From contig JAEVYX010000017.1 in the NCBI GenBank assembly GCA_023392515.1, positions 1,344 to 65,343 on the forward strand: 64,000 bases of DNA. The letters are read 5' to 3'. The position numbers and the translations under genes are program-made. Below the pieces are notes generated by a model, which was not told the DNA's origin, ran no database searches, and saw only the letters and a list, made by a program, of their open reading frames with translations. The stretch is from Bacillota bacterium (GTDB lineage: Bacteria; Bacillota; Clostridia; Christensenellales; Aristaeellaceae). This document shows positions 46,978 through 54,886 of the stretch, one piece after another. Numbering within the stretch: the first letter of the stretch is position 1; every line of letters starts with the position of its first letter.

Positions 46978-48024
46978 ATGAAGGCGGCTGTTTTGCATGG
47001 ACAAGGGGATATACGTTACGAAGACTACCCTATGCCCCAGTTGAAAGCAGGTCATATATTGATAAAAGTGCGGGCGGCGGGCATCTGTGGATCTGATATT
47101 CCACGGGTGCTTGGTACGGCCGCTCATTTTTTTCCCATTGTACTTGGTCATGAATTCTCCGGAGAAGTGATGGAAGCAGGAGAAGGTGTTACCCAGTTTC
47201 AGGTGGGCGATCGGGTGGTAGCGGCACCTCTCGTTCCCTGTGGTGTTTGCAATGATTGCCAGGAGGGCTCCTATGCCCTTTGCAAACATTATACCTTTAT
47301 TGGCTCCCGGCAGCAGGGCGGATTTGCGGAATATGTGGTAATACCGGCGGCAAATGCAGTCAAGTTTTCTTCCGACTATTCATTTTCACAGGCTGCCTTG
47401 TTTGAGCCGGCAGGCGTCGCGCTGCATGGCTTAATTCAAAACAGTTATCTGGGCGGCGGTACTGTGGCCATTCTGGGTGCAGGTACCATTGGCGTATTTA
47501 CTGGACAGTGGGCGCAAATTTTCGGCGCTGAAAAAGTGGTCTTCTTCGATGTGGATGAGGAGCGGCTGAAAATTGCCACTGAAATCACGGGAGGTAAAGG
47601 GATTAACCTAAGCCTTTCCAATGGACGTGAGGAGGCTATGAAAGTTACCAACGGAAAGGGCTTTTCATACGTATTTGGCACTTCCGGCGCTTCGGAAACC
47701 ATCAACATGGCCTTTTCTATTGCGGCTAACAAGGCCAAAATCTGTTTTATTGGAACGCCAACCGGCCCCGTTTCCTTTACGGCGGAAGAATGGGAACTGA
47801 TGAACCGGCATGAATTTACCGTAACAGGCTCTTGGATGAGCTATTCCGCACCTTTTCCCGGCAGGGAATGGACCCTTACCGCTGAAATGATGGGCCAGGG
47901 AAGATTGAAATTCGATGAGCGGTTTATTTACAAAAAGTTTTCTCTGGCGCAATGTGCTGAGGCGTTTGCATCCTTTCAGCATCCCGGGCAGGTAAAGGGA
48001 AAAATTCTTCTGGTCAATGAATAA
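46978..48024 (+). CDS. Galactitol-1-phosphate-5-dehydrogenase-like (GatD-type) zinc dehydrogenase
   Basis: GICGSDIPRVLGTAAHFFPIVLGHEFSG, CGVCNDCQEGSYALC and FIGSRQQGGFAEYVV align with my recollection of E. coli GatD (GLCGSDLPRIF..GAHYYPITLGHEFSG; FIGSRRDGGFAEYIV). The start could instead be TTG 46960. Confidence 0.7.
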   Translation: MKAAVLHGQGDIRYEDYPMPQLKAGHILIKVRAAGICGSDIPRVLGTAAHFFPIVLGHEFSGEVMEAGEGVTQFQVGDRVVAAPLVPCGVCNDCQEGSYALCKHYTFIGSRQQGGFAEYVVIPAANAVKFSSDYSFSQAALFEPAGVALHGLIQNSYLGGGTVAILGAGTIGVFTGQWAQIFGAEKVVFFDVDEERLKIATEITGGKGINLSLSNGREEAMKVTNGKGFSYVFGTSGASETINMAFSIAANKAKICFIGTPTGPVSFTAEEWELMNRHEFTVTGSWMSYSAPFPGREWTLTAEMMGQGRLKFDERFIYKKFSLAQCAEAFASFQHPGQVKGKILLVNE

Positions 48025-48028
48025 GTCT

Positions 48029-48043
48029 ACGATTGAAAATGTT
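48029..48043. promoter_or_regulatory. Copy of the GATTGAAAATG motif
   Basis: ACGATTGAAAATGTT lies in the 33-nt gap between the GatD-like and PfkB genes. Confidence 0.3.
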
Positions 48044-48057
48044 AGTATGAGGATCTT

Positions 48058-48990
48058 ATGATAGCGACAATTACGCTGAATGCATCCATCGACAGGCGTT
48101 ATGTGGTGGAAAGCACTCAATGGGGCGTTGTTCACCGTGTTAAGAGCTGTACCAGCACGGCAGGCGGCAAAGGGCTCAATGTTGCAAGAATCATCCATGC
48201 CTTGGATGAAAAAGTGATAGCAGGTGGATTTGCGGGTGGTTTCTCAGGGGCCTTTCTGCTTAAAATGCTTGCCCAGGAAGGGGTTCCTGAGGCCTTTGTG
48301 AAAGTACAGGGCGAAACGCGCTCCTGCATTAATGTACACGATCTTACGACAGGCGTCCAAACGGAATTCCTGGAGCCGGGAACAGCTGTTTTGCCTGGGG
48401 AATATAATGAATTTTTGGCTGTATACCGGGAGCTTTTAAAGGAATGCCGGGTGGTCAGCCTGTCAGGCAGCCTGCCCGGAGGGCTGGATGTTGCAGCGTA
48501 CGGTAATCTAATTCGCATTGCAAAAGAGAGCGGTGCCAAGGTGCTTTTGGACACAAGCGGCCCGGCTCTCATGGCGGCTTTGCCTTTTGGGCCTTCAGTC
48601 ATCAAGCCGAATGAAGAGGAAATCAGGCAGCTTGCCGGTGAGAACACACAATCTTTGCAGGCACTGGCTTATGAGGCGCAAAAATTGCACCGGCAGGGTA
48701 TTGAGCGGGTGGTTGTCTCCCTGGGCGCAAGGGGTGCGCTTCTGGCCTGTGAGCAAGGTGTGTACCATGGAAAGCCACCACAAATTCAACCTTTGAATAC
48801 CGTTGGATGCGGTGATGCCATGACAGCCTCCTTTGCGGTGAGCTTTTCCCGGGGGGACGATTCCCGGGAGGCGTTGCGCCAGGCAATTGCCGTTTCAGCG
48901 GCCAGCGCCCTTTCGCTAGATACAGGCGGGCTTGACAAAAACGAGTATGAAAAGATATTGCCGTTGGTCCGGCTAGAAAAGTTGCTGTGA
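48058..48990 (+). CDS. PfkB-family ketose-phosphate kinase (tagatose-6-P / fructose-1-P kinase-like)
   Basis: Motifs MIATITLNASIDRRY, TAGGKGLNVA and TVGCGDA. Confidence 0.8.
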   Translation: MIATITLNASIDRRYVVESTQWGVVHRVKSCTSTAGGKGLNVARIIHALDEKVIAGGFAGGFSGAFLLKMLAQEGVPEAFVKVQGETRSCINVHDLTTGVQTEFLEPGTAVLPGEYNEFLAVYRELLKECRVVSLSGSLPGGLDVAAYGNLIRIAKESGAKVLLDTSGPALMAALPFGPSVIKPNEEEIRQLAGENTQSLQALAYEAQKLHRQGIERVVVSLGARGALLACEQGVYHGKPPQIQPLNTVGCGDAMTASFAVSFSRGDDSREALRQAIAVSAASALSLDTGGLDKNEYEKILPLVRLEKLL

Positions 48991-49032
48991 CCGAGCCTGA
49001 AAATGATGCTATAATAGTAAGAGGGATTGAAA

Positions 49033-50328
49033 ATGAGTCAGCATTTGATTGTTATCTCGGAGGATGCCTTGGTTTACGAGGACCTGGAAACGCTGAAGAC
49101 GCTGCCTAACTTCTCAAAAGTATGGGAAAAGACGGCTCGGGTAAACAGGACGCGTTCCGTATATCCCAGTCTGACGTATCCATGTCATACAAGCATGCGG
49201 ACTGGAATGTATCCCAATCGCCATGGGATTATCAATAATGAAAAAAGCACGCTTTGTGAGAAAAGCTCCCCATGGGTACTGTTTAATGATGCGGTAAAGG
49301 TGCCTGATGTGTTTGATGCGGCAAAGAAAAAGGGGCTTACCACAGCCGCTGTATTCTGGCCGGTGACAGGAAACCATGCCTCCATTGACTACCTGGTAAA
49401 CGAATATTGGCCCCAAAGCCCTGAGGAGACTACACGGGACTGTTTTGCAAACTCCGGAAGTTCCCCTGAAGTGATGGAAAAAGTTGTGGATAAGAACTTG
49501 CATATGCTGATCAACAGGGTACATCCCTATTGCGATGCATTTATTCATGCTTGTGCCTGCTCCATTATCAGGGAATTCAAACCGAACCTGCTGATGATCC
49601 ATCCTGCCAATGTGGATGATTATCGCCACAAATCCGGGCTTTTCTCCACATTGGTAACCCATGGACTCCACGAGATTGATCTGTGGCTGGGGGACATTAT
49701 CAAAGCTGCGCAGGATGCGGGCATCTATGAGGATACGGACTTTGTTATTACCAGCGACCATGGACAGCTGAATATCATTAGAACCATTTCCCCCAATGTG
49801 GTTTTTGCCGATCATGGGCTGATCCAGGTTGATTCAAATGGAGACATTGCGGATTTTACCGCCTTTTGCAAATCCACCGCACTTTCAGCCCAGGTATATT
49901 TAAAAAACCCCAACGATAAAGCTGCTTATGACAAGACGTTGCAATTGCTTACCCATATGTGCGAAGAGGGAATTTACGGCATAAACCGCGTCTATACTGC
50001 CGAAGAGGCCGAACAAGAGGAGCATTTGGCCGGAGATTTTTCCTTTGTCATTGAAAGCGATGGCTATTCGTCTTTTACAAACAATTGGGTACGCCCGATT
50101 GTGCGCAATAAAGATATCACGGATTACCGCTTTGGACATGCCACCCATGGCCATCATCCGGATAAAGGACCCCAGCCCACTATGGTGGCCTTTGGCCCCC
50201 GGTTCCGTGCCGGTGCTGTGGTGGAAAGAAGACCACTAGTAGACGAAGCAGCCACCTTCGCCCGTGTGCTGGGTTTGGAAATGGGCGATATTGACGGTAA
50301 AGCCATTGAAGAAATCCTGAATGTGTAA
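49033..50328 (+). CDS. Alkaline-phosphatase-superfamily type I phosphodiesterase/nucleotide pyrophosphatase (NPP)-like enzyme, cytoplasmic
   Basis: YPSLTYPCHTSMRTGMYPNRHGIINN parallels the NPP nucleophile-Thr segment (FPTKTFPNHYS..TG..P..HGI..N). SDHGQ and HGHH metal-ligand-like motifs are present. No signal peptide. Confidence 0.7.
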   Translation: MSQHLIVISEDALVYEDLETLKTLPNFSKVWEKTARVNRTRSVYPSLTYPCHTSMRTGMYPNRHGIINNEKSTLCEKSSPWVLFNDAVKVPDVFDAAKKKGLTTAAVFWPVTGNHASIDYLVNEYWPQSPEETTRDCFANSGSSPEVMEKVVDKNLHMLINRVHPYCDAFIHACACSIIREFKPNLLMIHPANVDDYRHKSGLFSTLVTHGLHEIDLWLGDIIKAAQDAGIYEDTDFVITSDHGQLNIIRTISPNVVFADHGLIQVDSNGDIADFTAFCKSTALSAQVYLKNPNDKAAYDKTLQLLTHMCEEGIYGINRVYTAEEAEQEEHLAGDFSFVIESDGYSSFTNNWVRPIVRNKDITDYRFGHATHGHHPDKGPQPTMVAFGPRFRAGAVVERRPLVDEAATFARVLGLEMGDIDGKAIEEILNV

Positions 50329-50372
50329 CGGTTAAGCAAAGCTTTTGTGCGATTTCAAAGGAGTGAGAACCC

Positions 50373-51191
50373 ATGCTGTATCAGGAAATGCAGCTTCATG
50401 TGCCAGGACAGCAGGAGACAGCCGCATTAATTTCCTACATCCCTTCCAACAGCCCGGAAATTGAGCAGGATCGCCGCCGTCCGGCAGTGATTGTATGTCC
50501 AGGGGGTGGATATCACTTTTTGTCTGACCGGGAGGCAGAGCCCATCGCCATCCGGTTGAATGCCTTGGGGCTGAACGTCTTCATTTTGCGCTATAGTGTG
50601 TCACCCGCCCGCTACCCCGTGCCTCAAAGGCAGCTGGCCATGGCGGTGCATTTGGTGCGCAGCCAAGCGGCGGAATTTGCGACTGATCCCAATAAAATCT
50701 TTGTAGCCGGCTTTTCTGCCGGCGGGCATTTGGCTGCCAGCCTGGGTATACTTTGGAAGGATGCTGCATGCTTTGCGGAATTGGGTCTTTCCCCGGAAGC
50801 AATTCGTCCCAACGGAATGATTTTGAGCTATCCTGTCATCACTTCGGGAGAATTCGCCCATCGCAACTCTTTCCTTTGTCTGCTGGGAGAAAAGCATGAT
50901 GCCTTAAAGGATCAGGTCTCCCTGGAAAAGCGGGTAACGGATGATGCCGTACCTGCGTTTATATGGCATACCTACGAGGATGAGCTGGTACCGGTAGAAA
51001 ACAGCTTGCTGCTGGCTATGGCACTGCGGGCCCACCTTGTTCCTATGGAACTGCACATTTATCCCTTTGGGCGGCACGGCCTTTCCCTCTCCAATAATCA
51101 GGTATACGGGCCTGATGCAAAAACCGCCATACGGCCCGAGTGCAAAGACTGGATTGATATGGCGGCTCGGTGGATATTTTCCTTTGAGTAA
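50373..51191 (+). CDS. Alpha/beta-hydrolase-fold esterase (Aes/BD-FAE-like)
   Basis: The oxyanion region is VIVCPGGGY and the nucleophile elbow is GFSAGGHLA. Late D/H residues (YEDELVP; GRHGLS) are present. Confidence 0.75.
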   Translation: MLYQEMQLHVPGQQETAALISYIPSNSPEIEQDRRRPAVIVCPGGGYHFLSDREAEPIAIRLNALGLNVFILRYSVSPARYPVPQRQLAMAVHLVRSQAAEFATDPNKIFVAGFSAGGHLAASLGILWKDAACFAELGLSPEAIRPNGMILSYPVITSGEFAHRNSFLCLLGEKHDALKDQVSLEKRVTDDAVPAFIWHTYEDELVPVENSLLLAMALRAHLVPMELHIYPFGRHGLSLSNNQVYGPDAKTAIRPECKDWIDMAARWIFSFE

Positions 51192-51245
51192 ATGTTTCAC
51201 GTATAAAATAGGATAATATAAAAAGCAGCTATTAAGGAGCTATGT

Positions 51246-52625
51246 ATGGTGGATTTTTCAAAACTGTCTTTGGAGGAGCTTATACAAAGGGATGGTTTTG
51301 ATTGTGACTGCGGCTGTCATCACCAGGTAAAGGTTCAGCATGTAAAAATCGGAGCCGATGCGGCAGCCAGCCTGCCAGGTGTGCTGGCGAGCCTTAATGT
51401 CATTAGACCTTTTGTGGTTTGTGATCAGAATACGGCAGCAGTCGCTTGGCCCAAGGTGAAAGCGCTGCTGGAAAAGGCGCAAATCCCCTATCAGCTTTTT
51501 GTTTTTCCGCAGCAGCGTGTGGAGCCGGATGAGGCCGCGATAGGCGCGCTTGCCATGGCTTTTGACCCGGAATGTGATGTGATTTTAGGCGTTGGCTCCG
51601 GTGTTATCAATGATTGCTGCAAGGTTTTGGCTAAAGTGAGCGCAAGACCATTTCTCATCGTCGCCACTGCACCTTCCATGGACGGATACGCATCTGACTC
51701 TGCCTCCATGATTCAAAACCGCGTGAAGGTTTCGCTGGGAACGCCTTGCCCTCTAGCAGTCATCGCGGATACGGATATTGTTGCGAATGCCCCGATGCGC
51801 ATGCTGCAGGCGGGCCTTGGTGACATGATGGCTAAATATACTGCATTGTGCGAATGGCGGATCGCACATTTGGTGATCGGAGAATATTACTGCCCGCATG
51901 TAGCTGAATTGGTCCGTTGTTCTCTTAAAAAGTGCGTCAATCATGCGGAAAAGCTGGTTCTCAGAGACCCGGATGCGGTGGAAGCGGTCATGGAAGGGCT
52001 CATTATAACCGGTATTGCGATGAGCTTTGCAAAATGCTCCAGACCTGCCTCCGGACTGGAACATTATTTTTCACATATGTGGGAAATGATGGCGCTGGAT
52101 AAAAACATTCCAGCCGATCTGCACGGTATTCAGGTGGGGGTTGGTACGCATCTCACATTGATGATATTTGACAGCTTAGCCAATGAAATGCCCGATTGGG
52201 CACAGGCACAAAAACATCTGTCTAACTTTGATGAAGCAGCATGGGAGCAAGAAATGCGGGAGATTTTCGGCAAAGCATCCAATGCCGTAATTCAAGGCGA
52301 AAGAAATAAATTCCACAAAAATGACCTGGGAGAATTGGCCCGGCGGATCCATTTCATTCAACTTCATTGGGAGGAAATCCTGACGGTAGTAAAGCAGGAA
52401 CTTCCTGCATCCAAGGATTTGCTGGCCTTGATGCGGCGCCTGGGCATGCCTGCATGGCCCCAGGAACTGGGGCTGAGCCCGCAGGATGTCAAACAGGCGT
52501 TGATAGGATCCCGGGATATCCGTGATAAGTATCTGGTCAGCTCTCTCTTGTGGGATTTAGGCAAGCTGCACGATTACGCGAATATGCTTGCAGCCTCCGG
52601 AAAAGGTGGCGATTCCAAGCAGTAA
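51246..52625 (+). CDS. sn-Glycerol-1-phosphate dehydrogenase-like (AraM/EgsA family, DHQS-like fold)
   Basis: GVGSGVINDCCK, TAPSMDGYAS, NAPMRMLQAGLGDMMAKYTALCEWRI and SRPASGLEHYFSHMWEM align with my recollection of B. subtilis AraM (AVGSGTIHD; TAPSVDGFTS; AAGFGDMLGKITSLADWEI; SRPASGGEHHISHWIEM). Confidence 0.65.
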   Translation: MVDFSKLSLEELIQRDGFDCDCGCHHQVKVQHVKIGADAAASLPGVLASLNVIRPFVVCDQNTAAVAWPKVKALLEKAQIPYQLFVFPQQRVEPDEAAIGALAMAFDPECDVILGVGSGVINDCCKVLAKVSARPFLIVATAPSMDGYASDSASMIQNRVKVSLGTPCPLAVIADTDIVANAPMRMLQAGLGDMMAKYTALCEWRIAHLVIGEYYCPHVAELVRCSLKKCVNHAEKLVLRDPDAVEAVMEGLIITGIAMSFAKCSRPASGLEHYFSHMWEMMALDKNIPADLHGIQVGVGTHLTLMIFDSLANEMPDWAQAQKHLSNFDEAAWEQEMREIFGKASNAVIQGERNKFHKNDLGELARRIHFIQLHWEEILTVVKQELPASKDLLALMRRLGMPAWPQELGLSPQDVKQALIGSRDIRDKYLVSSLLWDLGKLHDYANMLAASGKGGDSKQ

Positions 52626-52696
52626 GACCCTGGGGCATTCGCATCGCATCGCAAAAGATTTATTTATTCGGCAAAATTATGAGGAGACAAATGACG

Positions 52697-53719
52697 ATGA
52701 AGCAAGCACTGATGGTATGCCCCGGAGAAATCATTTTTCAAGACGTACCTGTGCCTATGGTGGGCGACAACCAGATCAAGGTGCAAATGAAGCGTATCGG
52801 GGTTTGCGGATCTGATATCCATGTATATCACGGCAAACATCCCTACACCAGTTATCCGGTTGTCCAGGGGCACGAAGTGTCTGCCGTGGTTGTGGAGATT
52901 GGGAAAGATGTGAAAAACGTCCGCGTGGGTGATGCGGTAACGATTCAGCCCCAGGTAGTGTGCGGCACCTGTTATCCCTGTACCCATGGCATGTATAACG
53001 ACTGCGAAATGTTGAAAGTTATGGGCTTTCAAACTACCGGCATGGCCAGCGAATACTTTGTGACTGAAGCCGACAAAGCGCTAAAACTGCCGGAGGGCAT
53101 GGACTTGGACCATGGCGCCATGATTGAGCCATTAGCAGTAGCGGTTCATGCAGTGCGCAGGGCTGGAGACTTGGCAGGAAAAAAAGTGCTGGTGTTAGGC
53201 GGCGGCCCCATTGGCAACCTGGTGGCACAAACAGCCAGGGCCTTGGGTGCATCTCAAGTTCTGTTAAGCGAGGTAAGCGCATACCGGCTAAAAACGGCGG
53301 AGGATTGTGGTCTTTTGACCATAAACCCCAAGGAAAGGGATCTTCGGGAAGGCATCAGGGAGTATTTTGGAAGTGATGGAGCAGATGTCATCTTTGAATG
53401 CATTGGCAGCAGTGCAACGGTAGATCAAGCCATTGCCTGTGCCCGCAAGGGAAGCGACATTATCATCGTAGGTGTTGTTGCCTCAGCCGGCCCCGTCAAT
53501 ATGGGCTTTGTGCAGGATCACGAGCTGCGACTGATTGGCTCTGCCATGTATCGGGTAGAAGATTATATCGAGGCAATTGATCTTGTTAATGCAGGCAAGA
53601 TTGCCTTTGAGGCATTAATCACCCATCGTGTAAAATTCAGCGATTATCTCTCTGCTTACAAGATTATTGAAGAAGCAAAAGATAAGGCAATGAAAGTAAT
53701 GATTACTTTCGACGAGTGA
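52697..53719 (+). CDS. Zinc-dependent polyol dehydrogenase (sorbitol/L-iditol dehydrogenase-like)
   Basis: ORF 52550-53719, whose 5' part overlaps the previous gene. ATG 52691/52697 follows GAGGAG. Motifs CGSDIHVYHG, GHEVSAVVVEIG, CGTCYPCTHGMYNDC and VLGGGPIGN. Confidence 0.85.
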   Translation: MKQALMVCPGEIIFQDVPVPMVGDNQIKVQMKRIGVCGSDIHVYHGKHPYTSYPVVQGHEVSAVVVEIGKDVKNVRVGDAVTIQPQVVCGTCYPCTHGMYNDCEMLKVMGFQTTGMASEYFVTEADKALKLPEGMDLDHGAMIEPLAVAVHAVRRAGDLAGKKVLVLGGGPIGNLVAQTARALGASQVLLSEVSAYRLKTAEDCGLLTINPKERDLREGIREYFGSDGADVIFECIGSSATVDQAIACARKGSDIIIVGVVASAGPVNMGFVQDHELRLIGSAMYRVEDYIEAIDLVNAGKIAFEALITHRVKFSDYLSAYKIIEEAKDKAMKVMITFDE

Positions 53720-53852
53720 TTGGTTTCAACATGTAAAAAGCCCCATGGCCAGCGTAGCAAGGAAGAGTATATTGTGAAATGCAATCATATTGGATGCATT
53801 TGTGTTTTAGTTACTCATGAATATAGCCAAAGAATAGGAATAAAGGTATCTT

Positions 53853-54764
53853 ATGAAAATCAAGATCATTCCCCTGCTTTTATGCTCGGTGATGCTTTTA
53901 AGCTTTTCTCCCTCTGCGCTATTAGAGAGCACGCACAATAATGAAGGCATCATGACCTTCCGGTTTTTTGATGTTCCTGAAATAGTAACAAAGATTGGAG
54001 ACTGCAGCTTTATACAATTCCCCAATGGAGAGACCATGCTGATTGACGCGTTTATTGCCAATGCTGCGCCTTATGTTGTAGAGGATTTGAAGGCGCTGGG
54101 GGTAACGCGAATTGATTACCTGGTGGTCAGTCATTATCATGGAGACCATATAGGCGGTATGCCAGCGTTTATGGACAATTTTGAAATTGGCGGTGTCTAC
54201 ACCAGCGGGCTGCACGTTTACACTACCTCGGGGCTGAACTTGCTTAGCAAGATGGAGGAGATGGGCCTTGAGGAACATATCCTTCGGCAGGGAGACGTCC
54301 TTCAGGTTGGAGATGTGGATATTCAAATTCTGAATCCTGACGTAACTGATGAAGTTATGGCTGCCTTTGAAAGCGGGGAAGTCCCTTCCGACGCAGCGGT
54401 AAATGTGCAGTCGTTGGTAATGAAGTTTATCTATAAGGATTTTACCGCCTTATTTACCGGGGACGTATACGACAAAGCCGAGCGGTGGCTGATGGACAAA
54501 TATGGCGATGAGCTGCATGTGATGCTATTCAAAGCCCCCCATCACGGCTCCTATACGTCATCCGGTGCCCGCTTTCTTCGTACAATCAATCCCCAATATG
54601 TAGTAGCCATTGGCAATGTAGGCGTTGTCGGCGGCAAGAACAAATACATGCGGATAGGTGCCGAGGCTGTCTACTATACGTATATGGATGGCACAGTAGT
54701 TGCCACGACGGACGGAAAAACAGTTACATTCGAGGCAAACAAGGAAGCAAAACAGCAGCCATAA
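53853..54764 (+). CDS. Secreted metallo-beta-lactamase-fold hydrolase (ComEC-type MBL domain)
   Basis: MKIKIIPLLLCSVMLLSFSPSAL looks like a signal peptide. Motifs VVSHYHGDHIGG and KAPHHGS. Confidence 0.7.
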   Translation: MKIKIIPLLLCSVMLLSFSPSALLESTHNNEGIMTFRFFDVPEIVTKIGDCSFIQFPNGETMLIDAFIANAAPYVVEDLKALGVTRIDYLVVSHYHGDHIGGMPAFMDNFEIGGVYTSGLHVYTTSGLNLLSKMEEMGLEEHILRQGDVLQVGDVDIQILNPDVTDEVMAAFESGEVPSDAAVNVQSLVMKFIYKDFTALFTGDVYDKAERWLMDKYGDELHVMLFKAPHHGSYTSSGARFLRTINPQYVVAIGNVGVVGGKNKYMRIGAEAVYYTYMDGTVVATTDGKTVTFEANKEAKQQP

Positions 54765-54886
54765 GTTCAGCAGAGCGCATAATGCCGCCGACCGCTGATT
54801 GCAATTGCAGTTAGGTCTAAGCACGGCAAGAGAAATCCTTGTGTTTTAACAGGCAGTCCAAAAGAATTGTAAAAGGAGGCGTTCAT

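Noticed and set aside
49023-49037. Fourth full copy of the GATTGAAAATG motif as a regulatory site
   Set aside because: This copy overlaps the RBS (GAGGGA) and start codon of the NPP-like gene, so its sequence may be constrained by translation signals alone. It is kept in the motif count but not called as a separate operator.
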